This document shows positions 52,126 through 64,000 of a stretch of 64,000 nt of DNA, piece after piece. Origin of the DNA: Takakia lepidozioides (Eukaryota > Plantae > Bryophyta); assembly GCA_030704615.1 (NCBI GenBank), contig CM060732.1, positions 48,236,001 through 48,300,000 of the forward strand. The letters run 5' to 3'. Under the pieces are notes generated by a model that made no database searches, was not told the origin of the DNA, and saw nothing but the letters and a program-made list of their open reading frames with translations. Position 1 is the stretch's first letter. Each line of letters starts with the position of its first letter. The position numbers and the translations under genes were made by a program.

Positions 52126-55100
52126 GAGGTCGTTACGAAGCAGGTGGCCGTGCATACTCGGGAGCGCCCATCCAACACAGCGCTGTCTTTGCGGGCGTTG
52201 AAGGACAAGGCACAAGTGGGAGGCAGCATGTGAGCAGTGGATTTGGAGACGGACAGCGCTGAACAGAGTCTCATTCAGGTAGCACCACCATTGCGATGCA
52301 TAGTTCAGTTCGTTTTTGCATTGTTAGAGATGAAAACTGGTGGAGCCAGCGGAGTATGCCCTGCATTTTAAGATGTCGTTGACGACAGCTTAATCTGCAA
52401 GCGCATCCTCAGCCTTACCCTCCTCTCTATTTCCCACATGTTCCAATGTAGTGCCAAATTAAGGTGTCGTTAACACAAGCTTAAAATGGGCCTGATTTGT
52501 CGATCAAACAATGGTTGATGTTTTGCAGAGGAAACAGAAGAAAGCCTAGGAGAGTCTCCGTGAGTTACCAGCCGAGAAGAACACAGCAGACCAGAACTCT
52601 GAAATGGTCGTCAACGTGGTGAATGAGGAGGAGGTGCCAAGGGTTCACTCTCCGCAGCGGGCTGTGGCTACAGTGGAGCAGCCAGTGGACACACAAGCAC
52701 GAGTGAAGGGGAAGACACAAGTGCAAGGAACAATGTGACCTGCAGAGAAGGGGTCTTCCAGTGGCCGTCCAAAGCCTGCTAAGGTTCGTTCTAGGTTGCC
52801 CATTCTCATCTGTGAGGGTTCCTGTGAATCAGAAAAGAGGTCGATAAGTTCGAAGCCTGCCATGGTTTTTTGAAGCATAGAAGACAAGGCTGGTGGGTAT
52901 TTCAGAGACTTTCATAAGAACTGGAGGAGGCTGATTAAGGCATCGTTGACGATACCTTAATCTGGTCAGCCATTCACATATTGAGGGTTAGTTTCCGCTT
53001 CATGAGTGGACTCTGAAGCAGAATGAAGAATGCAGATTAAGGCATCGTTGACGATACCTTAATCTGGTCTGCTATTCCCAGGGTTTCTTTGAAACAGAGA
53101 CGAACAGGCTTACTGTTAGGCATACACACTGGTGAGGGTTTCTGAAGCAGAATGAAACATGTAGATTAAGGCATCGTTGACGACACTTTAATATAGTCTG
53201 TCATTCCCGGTTTGAGGGTTTGAGTGGTGGGTAGTCTGCACAGTGAGGGGATAGCTGAAACAGAAATGAGGAGGGAAATTAAGGCATCGTTGACGACACC
53301 TTAATCTGGGAGTGGGAATCCGTTTAGCGAATACTTTGATGCAGAGAGGAACAGGATCAGGAGTTGACAATATATACATTCAGTGGTTGTTTTCTTCTAA
53401 AATATGGAGGACGATTAAGGCATCGTTGACGATGCCATAATCTAGCCTGTAAAATGTACGTAGAGGCATAGTTTGAGGCAGTGATGAACAGGATTAGGGG
53501 TGGATAGTCTGCCTAGTGAGGAGACGTTCGAAACCAAAAATATGAGTGGTATTAAGGCATCGTTGACAATGCCTTAATCTCGAGTGAAAACCTAGTTTTG
53601 ATTGGACTTTCAAGCAGAGATGAACAGGATCCAGGGTTGAGAGTATCAAAATTCAATGGCTATTTTGAACAGAAATAAGGAGGCAGATTAAGGCATCGTT
53701 GACGACAACTTAATCTGAACTGTCAAACACACTTTTCGGGCATACTTTGAAGTAGTTCAGAGACAAGATTAGTGGTGGGTACTCTGCACTTTGAGGGATA
53801 TCTTGAACATAAATGAAGATGCAAATTAAGGCGTCGTTGACGATACCTTAATCTGGAGTGTAAAATCTGTTTCTGGGGATACTATGAAGCAGAGAGGAAC
53901 ACGATCAGTCGTTGAGAATATGTTCATTGAAGGGCTGTTTTATACATAAAAAATGAGGCAGATTAAGGCATCGTTGACGACACCTTAATCTGGCCTGTCA
54001 AACACACTTTTCATGCATACTTTGAAGCAGATCTGAACAGGATTAGTGCTGGGTAATCTGCACTTTGAGGGATGTCTAGAACATAAATGAAGATGCGAAT
54101 TAAGGTATCGTTGACGATACCTTAATGTAGAGTGTAAAATCTGTTTCTGGGGATACTATGAAACAGAGAGGAACTCGATGATGGTGGAGAATATGCTCAT
54201 TGAAGGGCTGTTTTAAATACAATCAAGGAGGAAGATTAAGGCATCGTTGCCGATACCTTAATCTGGAGTGTAAAATCTGTTTCTAGAGATACTATGAATC
54301 AGAGAGGAACACGATCAGGGGTGGGGAATGAGGTCATAGAAGGGCTGTTTAAATATAAACAAGGAGGCAGATTAACGTATCGTTGACGACACCTTAATCT
54401 GGCCTGTCAAAAAAACTTTTCAGGCATACTTTGAAGCAGTTCAGAGATATGATTATGGTGGGTAGTCTGCACTTTGAGGGTTGTCTTGAACATAAATGAA
54501 GATGCGAATTAAGGCATCGTTGACGATACCTTAATCTGGAGTGTAAAATCTGGACTTCGATTCATAGAGGAAGAGGATGGGGTGTGGAGCGTAGTCACAT
54601 TCAATGAGTGTTTTACACAGAAATAAGGAGGCAGATTAAGGCATCGTTGACGACACCTTATTCTGTCCTGTCAAATACAGTTTGCTTACTTTCAATCGGA
54701 GAGGAACAGTGTCATGGGTCCAGAGTGTGACTACAACTTGATCTATGATATTATTTCGAATGTGGTGTATACTTTGAAGCATATGAAGTATATTTTTCAA
54801 AAGGTGGGCGTGTCTACAATCAAGGAGGAAGAGTCATAATAAGGCATCGCTGACGACACCTTAATAGTGGTTTGAATTGTGGGAAAACACAAATGAATGC
54901 AGAAAAAAAGGAAGAAGGCGGGGGAAAGCCAACCTGCACAGGAGACATCTGTTCCTGATACTCAAGATGAAGACCCATCTGACAATTACAAAGATAAAGT
55001 GCATTCACTGATGTATACCTCCAAGGTAAACTCCAGGAAGGTCATAAATTCCATGGAAGTTCGGGACGGCACTCTTATGATTCCCCTATGCAGGATGATT

Positions 55101-58100
55101 TCCATGCCTGCCGTTCGTCCAGCCCTGCATCATGATATCAAGAAGCTACAGGGTGATTTCATCCACGGGTACTTGAAGGGCTCCGCAGTTTTTTACGTGC
55201 CAGTACAGACATCCAGGGATCAGAAAAACTGGTTGACGAAGAGATTATGGCCAGTTGGGACCCGCTTTGGAATGAGGTGAATTCGGAGTTTGAGGCAGAG
55301 CTTTCCCAGAACCCATCTCACACGCAGTACATGGGGAAGATGTTCTTCGTATGGGATGGTAATCACCGTTTAGTTGCCTGGATGGAATATATCACAAGAA
55401 TGTATGCCGACAACAAAGACTGGCACCACCGAGTTCTGTCAATGGTTTTGGATCCACAAGGCAAAATAACCCAACTTATGACTGCCATGCACGATGTCAA
55501 CAAGTAAGTTTTGTTTTGTTTCCTCTTTGTGAACTACATTTTTGTCCCTTGCTTCATTTCTTGTACTCATTTTCTTTCAATGCAGGCGAGACGTCACACG
55601 TCACCACGAACATAGTGCATACACTGTTTCGGATGCAAAGTATAGGAGTCATGCCTTTGGAAACATTCTCCAGCGTCTTGTTTGCGGAGACACTGAAGAA
55701 ATGCCAGACAATCAAGAAGTCTGAAACTTGGTACAATCTAACGAGGGAAGCTTTCCTCGAGTACTTGTACGCGGTAAGACTATTTCCTTGTCTGTCTTGA
55801 TTTATCTTTCATTTTTGGTTTGAACTTGTCCCTACATGGCCTGACATGTAATAATAGGCCACCGTTCTTGTGTCACAGCAAGAAATTGCGGATGCTAGAG
55901 AGCGAGTGAAGCTGGAGTATTATGCCACTACTCCGGAGGAAGAGAGAACAACGAATGGGGTGGAGACCAAAATGAAAGATGAGATGGATACGGCACGGAA
56001 AAACCTCAAAAGTGCGTTTGACAAGCACATACGAATTGCTGACCCTGGGGTGGGAAAGGGGTTTCTGGAGCAGATTCGGATACACTGGAACAAGCCCACC
56101 AAGCCTGAGATGACACAGGAAAAGATCCACCGTCTGTCGATTTCCATGGTTGAGCCGGCTCAAAAGGTGAGGTGGCTCGAAATCTGGAACTCGGATCCAA
56201 TCGTCCGGGACACAAATAATTTCCCAAAACCGCATAGGGACCCTGAGACAGGAGTGGTGACATCAGTGAGCGATCGTGCATTTGAGACATGGTTGCACAA
56301 AGCCACCTTTTGGAGCTAGGTAAGAATTTCCAAACGTTCCACATTGTTCGCAATGACTTCGCTATTTATATGGTTGAAACACTGCACATATGGTCGTTCT
56401 TTTTGCAGCTGGAGAAGCGGGCCATTGAAACATTGGAGAAGTCACTACTAGACTACAAAATCACCATGACATCTCCCAGCATCAAGTTTGAGTCCTACGT
56501 TCGTAAATGGAGAAGGGAGCTCTGGAAGTATGCATTTTTCCGGGAGTTCGAGAAGGAGGGAGGGATTCTTCGATCTAATATTTCGATCATCAGTACAACG
56601 GCGAGGAGGCAATGAAACGTGTGCTGTACAGGTGCGTGCACTGACTCATTTCTCTTTCTGTGAGGGGGAAATTAAAGTGTCGTCAACGACACCTTAGTTT
56701 GCGCATTATAGGTATGCCCATATCCTGCTTACAAATGGACCTTGTGGGACTTTGATCCTGTAAGGGGGTTTGAATTAAGGGGGCCTCAATCTCTGCAGCA
56801 CTGTCCCTACTTTCAATTGCAATGCAGTCTTGTGCAGTTCTGTATTGTGTCATTCTCTTCTTTGATTGTTATCTGAAAGAAAATTAAGGTGTCGTTGACG
56901 ATACCTTAAATCCGTGCCCTCTTGGGATGAATTTGCCATGAAGGGGGATCGTACATGGTCTGATTGTTTGGAAAATTGGCAACATCAGTTATGGAGTCCT
57001 CTCTTAGTGCCTGGATTAAGATGTCGTTGACGACACCTTAGTCCTCAGAGTGAAATGCAGCCATTTATGGCAGTTCAATGGCCATTTCTATTGCGTTCAA
57101 GGAAACTATCTAAGCGGGATGGTCTTATTGTCTGCAGGTACTTTCGCTTTGTTCTTATTCCGGAGAACATACTGAGTGAGGATCCAGACTTCATTCGTGG
57201 ATGGGCGAACCCAAACGATGAAACCACAATGTACACTGCTGGCATTGTGAAGGACTGGGGTCGGGCACATTACCATGACTGTGGGTGGTACGTGGACTGC
57301 CGAGCTTCGACTCCCTGGGAGGAGAATGTCATGAGGAATCAGAATGAGAACGCAGATTCACTGGCCCCCCGGACAGATGAGGAATTGCAGCAAAGAGCCT
57401 TGGCGCTTCTGAATAAGAAAGAGCCTACAAAACCGGCCACCCCTGCTGACGGCAAGAAGAAAAAGAAGGGGAAACAGACAGTGGATGCTTCAGCGGCTGC
57501 TGGGGAAGCAGTGGCAGACCCTCCTGACACTGCTGGGCCAGCTGGGGGTTCTGTAGATTTGACTTTACAACCTGCCAAGAAACAGCAGACACAGGTCGCC
57601 ATCACATCCACCGCAGTAGATCGGCGCAGTACACACATAGCAAAGAAACGCCCTTACGGAGCACGGCTGTGTGTGTCCAGGGTGGTGGGCCCGCACTTCC
57701 AGCGTAAAATGGCCAACGTGAGCTTCCTCCGTATGATGGAGTCAAGAAAGTCCACTTTCGTGGGTGGCAAGTCACCTACATGGGACCATCTGTGCTCTTT
57801 CCTCACCCTGGTGAGCACGCCACATCTATCGTAATCTGATCATTTTTGTTGCATTGTTGGGGGAGCGTAGGTGGTGCATTAAGGTGTCATCAACGACATC
57901 TACGGTACAACGGATCACTGGTTCGGGTGTCTCCACTGCAATTTGTCAATCTCATTCGATTGCCTGTCCTCATTTCAGGTGACCAGGACGCCATGTTGGG
58001 TGAATGGAGTGCAGCAGCCCTACGCAACAGATCTTGTCATCCTTGACATCCCAGATGGGCTTCCGGTGCCTGATATCATTCCCACAGATGTGACTCCAGC

Positions 58101-58955
58101 CTGGAATGCTCATAATCCACTTTATTGGTAGTGGGCCTTCTCTTTCAGCAACAAGTTTCTGTCTGACGCTGGGTCGCTTTTGATTTTCCAGGGTGAAGAC
58201 ATGGCATCCCGCCGGATGCTTCACAACTACATGAAGTCCTCGGGGTTCAAAATCCGCAAAATTTGGACCTGTGTCAACACCTTGCCACTATCTAGTGCAG
58301 AGTTTCCCGGGCAGAAGGTACTCACCTGGGTTTTTTTGTGTGCTCGTGTTTCGTGGAATTGCCCTTAACAACATTGGTGCTGCTGCAGACACATATGTTC
58401 AAGGCCATTTGTCTTGCTCGAATTCGGCCAGACACCACTCCTGCTCATGTTGGCCATTTCGACGTTTGGGAAGGGGGGCTTCACATAGACCCGGAATGCG
58501 ACCCTGTGGAATCCGATGTTATCCACAACTATGTGGACTCCTCCCAGACATTGAAAAAAACTGGTGGCATTCCATGGAGAGGTGTGCGGGAGAAGTCACC
58601 CGCTTTCATGCAGACTTTGATTGAGACATGCAGCCGACATGGTGGGAAAGTGGTGGACCTGTCCATGAGAACAGGTTGGTGCCCAATCAAATTCCATTTC
58701 TTGGGTGCACTTCTTTGCCTTCAGATTGTGCTTCTTACTTTGTTTCGTGGATCCATTTGCACTGTTGCAGGGGCTTCCTTCCATGCATGCAGGCATTTTT
58801 TCGGGATGGAGGGGGACGAGCACCTCTACTCTCAAGTCATCGCACCTCTGTCTGGGGGTTCATCGCATTCGACCCAGACTGAGAACATTGTTGTGGAGCC
58901 GGATCTGCAAGAGCCCGATGCTCTGGATGTTGATTCCAATTTCTCATGTGAGTAA
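52126..58955 (+). pseudogene. Multi-exon gene: ParB/Srx-like domain plus beta-class N6-A/N4-C DNA methyltransferase-like domain
   Basis: Predicted exons 52126-52278, 52529-52783, 54903-55503, ~55581-55773, ~55858-56319, 56409-56631, 56712-56759, 57139-57810, 57979-58317, 58388-58674, 58771-~58950. VRP...IKKL..DF and FFVWDGNHRLVAW (55355); DLVILDIPDG (58030-58059), FL..AGSLLIF, REKSPAFMQTLIETCSRHGGKVVDLSMRTGASFHAC.RHFFGMEGD. Several stops and a frameshift. Confidence 0.75.
52367..54865. repeat. Array of 28-bp palindromes ATTAAGGYRTCGT-TG-ACGAYRCCTTAAT (~137-bp period in the core)
   Basis: Copies at 52367, 52458, 52934, 53036, 53165, 53278, 53414, 53551, 53687, 53825, 53962, 54099, 54235, 54371, 54508, 54635, 54838; dispersed copies at 56671, 56883, 57015, 57878. 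Confidence 0.95.
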
Positions 58956-59824
58956 GTGCTAGTTCAGTTGTGGCAATTCACTGACACGACGACGCATCCT
59001 TCCATTTCCATCTTTCTTGCACAAGTTGGGCAGCTGAATGTATATGGACTTACATTGTTTGTTTGTGTGTAGAGGAGCCCAAGGTCGCCACGGTTCCTCC
59101 CTTTCTTTGCAAACCTGCAATTTTTCCCAAGTCCGAAAGCAGATTTTAAATTGCCATGTTATGCGGAGGCTGCAGCTTCGGAATTTAGTCTCCTCTCTTC
59201 TCCCCCTGGTTTGCTTTTAAACAGAGAGGGTTTTGTGCAAAGCAGGGCTAGTGTCTTCATAGACAGTTCTGCCTTCGTTTTGGACGCCGACTCCAGTAGC
59301 ACGGAATATTCTTCGTGGAATGAATCTTTAGTTATTAAACAATTTCCTTTGAAGCACCAAATGGCCTCTCCACCTTCTTTGCAAATGTGTGTCAGCAACT
59401 ATGTCGACTTCTGATTGTTGATGAAAGGACAATCACAACCCTCACCAGTGGGCAGAAGTTCACTCTAGAGGTAGGGGGATTTAGCAACCACTACTGAAAA
59501 ATGCATCTTAGTTTTGCATTCATCTAGAAACTACATTCATCCATGTACCATTCGTCGAACATCCTTTCATCCCCCATTCATCCATCGTTCATCCATAACG
59601 ATGAATGACGAATGCATGATATACTTGACACAACCCGCAGTAATAGGTCGTCTAGGCCGAATAGGTATCCGCGGTTATAGGTGAGCACATGCAGATCCGT
59701 GAGCAGAATTCTGCTCACGGAATTTTCTGCTCACGGAATCTGCTCGCGGTTTAGCAATCCCCAAAAATCAGCATGGTAATCAATGGATAGTGTATGCAGA
59801 AACCACTAAGCATACTGGACAACG

Positions 59825-61513
59825 AGAGAGGGAAGATATTTTTTGTCATGTCAAGACAAAGACAGGACCCCTAGGGTCGTTGTCATGAATAAGAAGAATA
59901 ATCAGACATATCAGCCACTTAACAGTGGCACCATCCATCAATCATCAAGCTTAGAAAATCCAGAATTATATCCATGCACAATAATAAGGTCATGTCAGAA
60001 TTATTCATAACCCAAAGAGTATTCCACTGATGCTGATTGACCATCATTCATGATCATGATACACATTCAGAGGTCTGGGTGGGATGGCGGGTACTTGGCC
60101 ATACTTTGGCTTTGATGTTGTGCAGGTCAAATGGTCATACAGATTTACTATCCGCAAGCTGTAATCCAAGCATACTTACTCAAACCCCATGGGTGTCATG
60201 GAGGGTTTTTTTAAAAAAAGAAAAAAGAACACTTGGATATCACAGATTTAAATACCTTGCCCTTCCAGTATTTGTTTAAACTGGTCTGCAGCACAGCTTG
60301 CCCCCACAGGGGAGGGGGATATGTCTGGTAAGTTTTCCAGACTACCCCTATACCATTATTTCTTGCTACAGCTGAAAATCAAAGTTCATGACACAGCAAG
60401 GTACAAATAAAGGACTGCATACACATCCTGTGACAGTATATGATACTGTCAGCACACCCTATTCACATCATTCCACGTTTGACCATGTCATTACACCATG
60501 TCCAGGGGGTATTTCCACTTAACCACCCTGGCTGCCTCAAAAACCAGTTACCAATTATATTGCTGCCATATTTCAGTGTCAGCCAAATAGCCACAGGTAG
60601 AATCTTCACAATACCCTGGCCTAAGCATCTAGCTAACAAAGCCATCCGGGTTGGAACATAACAGGGCCATTTTACCATCATGGGTACCCGAGTAGCTGCA
60701 GCAAACAGTTCCTTGCAACCTCTCATTTTGTTTCCAACTACCATAAGGTAAGCAAAGCAAACTAGGGCCTGGAAAACAGATGTGTGTCTCTCACACAAGC
60801 CATCCCGACTGTCACAACAAAGCAGAGGTCTTCCACTGCCTGGGCCGAAATAGCCCACCTTAGAAAGCATTACACTTGTTCTTCATAAATAAAGGAAGGA
60901 AAGAGGTAGAATCAAGAAAAACCATAGAGTAGTTTAGTGTTTCAACATTTTAAGATGAGTCCCTGGCAAGCGATTCCTTCCCCTGCTCTGCAATCCCACT
61001 TGGCATCCAGCAGCACCTAGACATCAGTATTTCAAGTGGAAGCCCTCACCAATGCCCATCCCAAAAACAACCACAATGCATTGTGAGTTAGTGAGGATGC
61101 ACGAGGTGAATAGCAGGCTTCCACACTTGCCATCGAGGTCAAATACACTTCAATCTAAGCGCAAAGAATGCGAAAGAAAGCAGGGAAGCAAGACAAGCAG
61201 AAAAAGAACTTTTTTTACTGTTTGGGGGAGAGTCGTCATCTCTCCACAAGCCTAACCGTGCAGGGAGGTCTCCGCCAGCACCACACCACTGCTACCTTAA
61301 CCAAAGCAAAGTCTTGCCAAGCACAAGAAAAAAGAGCTTGGTCTCAAAAGGTAGGGTTTATTAAGGGAGGGAGAGAGACTTCCTTGTTCTACCAAGACGC
61401 CGCCATTCATCAAAGATCCAGAGGAGGGCTCCTAGGGAAACGTCATAAGCATGCAGGTGGTACCTCCGCCATCATTGCCACGGTTCCCTTGTGCAGCAAA
61501 AAAACAGACAAAT
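59825..61513 (+). repeat. 1.7-kb direct repeat, copy 2
   Basis: Direct copy of 48928-50611 with scattered substitutions and small indels. Confidence 0.95.
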
Positions 61514-62491
61514 AGGTGTCACAACTGCCTTCAAGTCAACATCGGAATTAAGTCCCACTACTCGCAAATGCAGAATGTCTCCCTCATCGGCGTGGGAAAA
61601 ATGGGGTTTGGCATGATATGATTGTAGTTCACAACCAAAGGGCATATCCTTCAGCCTTGACGTCTTTGCGATCTTATTCTGTGACGCATTTTTCATAACT
61701 TGTGAAATGGAAAAGCAGCTACACATCAAATTATTGCAAGGCCACTCAATGGCACTATGAACGTGTCGAGCATGCTGTCAGAAAACTAGACGGGCAAAAA
61801 CCCAATTCAACAGCCTCACCTAGCGTGGATACTTGGGAATTGATGCCAGAAGGGCATACCCGTATGCGCACTCCATCGTGCCTCCATCTAGCACATTCTG
61901 TAAATGTTGAATGACCAAAACCCCGATGTCACACCCTTCTGAGAGGCCACTACGTGCGCTCACAGTATACGAAGGCCTTGCCGTGTCAGGATTCGCATTC
62001 CCACGTCCTGCCATGTCCGACGCAGCACTTGCATCCCTGTCTCTGCCAGGTGGAGGCAACATATATTAAAATATCTATTCCCCCAAGGCCACATTTTGTT
62101 TACCTCTTTTTGTGAAAACCACGTCAGCAAATGTGCTGCCGAATCACAGGTGCAATGAATGCATAGTGGTTCATGGAGTCGTTGAGTCGACTACATATTC
62201 ACTTTAATGAATAAATATCTTTATTCCATTAATCGAATGAGGAATGAAAATTTGTAGTCGCGTGTGCAGTAATTACAACCACTTGTAATTTTGGTTTTTT
62301 CAAATTTTATGTATTTACGCAATTCGTGAAATAGCCCGGAATTATGCTACGACTCCGGAGTCGTTGACCCCACTTCCGTTCGCCGTCCGAAATGCCCTCC
62401 ATGGGCCCACATTGTCTGTTCCGACTCTCCAATAGTCCTAAGTGGTTCCCGGAGTGGTGGCGGATATGCAGTCGATTCGCTTCTAGTGTCG

Positions 62492-64000
62492 TTTGTTCGA
62501 AAGACGTCAAGAAAAACGATCTGGATGGTCGACAACGCATCATGCCGCTGCTACTACGACACCAAACACAACGATCCATCAGACATCCGATAGTGATCCT
62601 ATGCAGATTGATGCTATCAAGCCATTGACGCCACAAGAAAAACAAAGATGGCGCTCGAATGGATTATGCCTCTATTGCGGAGAAGAAGATCACATAGCAT
62701 TAAACTGCCCCAATAAGAGAAGATTCAAAGCTCGGGGCGCAATTCAAGTGTTCGATACGAGGACGTCGGAAAACGAAGATGTCCAGTCACAGTAGGGACC
62801 ATGCGGCTGGACACCACAAATCCCTTAAAAAAAAAAAGGTCTCTTTCTACCTCTTGACATGCACCTTGCTTCACAGTTCCAGTAAAAATCAAAGTGCAAA
62901 ATCGAGATATCTCTGTAGAAGCACTTTTGGACTCATGGGCTTCAACATGTTTTATTGACAAAAACTTTGCGAAACAACACAATTTAACGCTCGTAAAGAA
63001 CAAACTCTCGGCCCCCGTTGAAGTCATCAATGGACGACCGTTAGCATCAGGAAATGTTGACCATGAAACTCGACCACTTGAAGTGAAGCTTGAAGATCAA
63101 GCATCACATATTGTTTTCAACGTCATCTAGTCTCCAACGAATCTTGTAATCCTTGGACTTCCCTGGTTCGTACTTCACAATCCTAACATCGACTAGCAAT
63201 CGCGAAATTTTTTTGCAAGACAAAAATGTAGAAATATCAAAAGTATTCAACTGATGTTCCTTGGAGTTAGAGCTTTCATGAGAGCTACCAAAAAAGATGC
63301 GACATTTGCACTTTATGCGACTCCGATCAAGACCACAACAGACAAAAGTACTACAACAGTACCCACTCAATATCAAGATTTCAAGGATGTCTTCGAGAAG
63401 AAAAATGCAGACATATTGCCAGAACATCGACCTTATGACTGTGCAATTGAATTACAAGAAGGAGCCCAACCACCATTCGGCCCAATCTATAACTTATCCC
63501 AAACGAAGTTGGCTGCGTTACGTGAGTACATTGATGAAAATTTGTGGAAGAACTTCATCCGACATTAAAAAATCACCTGCGGGGGCGCCTATCTTGTTTG
63601 TGAAAAAGAATGACGGATCATTACGCATGTATGTAGACTATCGTGGTCTCATCAAAGTCACAATTAAGAATTGTTATCTGTTGCCGGTGATTTCTAGGCT
63701 TCTTGACCAGCTGGGACGAGCGAAGATTTTCACGAAAATTGATTTGAGAGGAGCTTATAACCTTGTATGGATAAAAGAAAGAGATGAATGGAAAACAACT
63801 TTTTGAATAAAGTATGGACATTTTGAATACAGTGTTATGCCTTGCGGGCTTACAAATGCTCCAACAATTTTCCAACATATGATGAATGACGTCTTTCGAG
63901 AATTTTTAGATGACGTTGTAGTCATTTATTTGGACGACATTTTGATATTTTCACAGAATGAAGAAGAACATGGTCGCCATGTACGCCTTGTCCTTGATAA
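62492..64000 (+). pseudogene. Tcn1-like Gypsy gag 3' part, protease and RT (runs off the window)
   Basis: DPMQID, CLYCGEEDHIALNC zinc knuckle, ALLDSWAS (degenerate DSG), [56 protein letters not shown]. Confidence 0.93.
62768..62812 (+). promoter_or_regulatory. Candidate gag-pol -1 ribosomal frameshift signal
   Basis: G_GAA_AAC in gag frame, 6-nt spacer, hairpin GTCCAGTCACA...TGCGGCTGGAC spanning the gag stop; protease ORF is in the -1 frame. Confidence 0.6.

Larger units (their letters stand above)
33450..62488. mobile_element. Giant (29.0-kb) CACTA/En-Spm element with nested fragments and cargo genes
   Basis: Starts CACTAGAAGC and ends GCTTCTAGTG; 3-bp TSD TCG (33447-33449, 62489-62491); removing it restores gag ...CDNR|LFERRQEK...; internal Tnp2 and TnpA-like ORFs. 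Confidence 0.93.

Noticed and set aside
52934-54865. CRISPR array
   Set aside because: Repeat-spacer look, but the spacers are ~109 bp and homologous to each other (two types), there are no cas genes, and the context is a eukaryotic intron.
54897-58955. Bacterial contamination as the source of the ParB/MTase-like sequence
   Set aside because: The coding segments are split by GT-AG introns and lie inside a TSD-flanked plant CACTA element.
48928-61513. LTR retrotransposon bounded by the 1.7-kb repeats
   Set aside because: No TG...CA ends, PBS, PPT, TSD or retroelement genes between the repeats.

Overview
Transposon-dense plant nuclear DNA, probably a moss or other bryophyte (inferred from the Tcn1-type Gypsy and the reduced-cysteine thaumatin). 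Only one clearly intact host gene is present: a 3-exon secreted thaumatin-like protein (25463-24362, - strand). The rest is nested mobile DNA. (i) An L1-type LINE is split by a 9.8-kb non-chromovirus Gypsy (1728-11501, TSD CCATC) that lacks gag/protease but has a large extra 3' ORF. (ii) A relic zone holds orphan Sec13 and EF-Tu exons, a decayed SET+CACTA transposase, satellite repeats, a Helitron-like helicase and a Gypsy integrase followed by a PHD finger. (iii) A Tcn1-like Gypsy has a solo LTR in its LTR (TSD ATCTT) and its gag is split by a 29-kb CACTA element (33450-62488, TIR CACTAGAAGC, TSD TCG). That CACTA carries unusual cargo: a TnpA-like gene with an embedded FCP1-type phosphatase domain, a SET-domain ORF linked to a second transposase, and a multi-exon ParB-like/N6-N4 DNA-methyltransferase-like gene. 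The predicted introns of that last gene hold about 21 copies of a conserved 28-bp palindrome, mostly in a ~137-bp-period array. The ParB-MTase plus palindrome module is the best candidate for an undescribed system. All domain calls are by eye from motifs; no searches were run.
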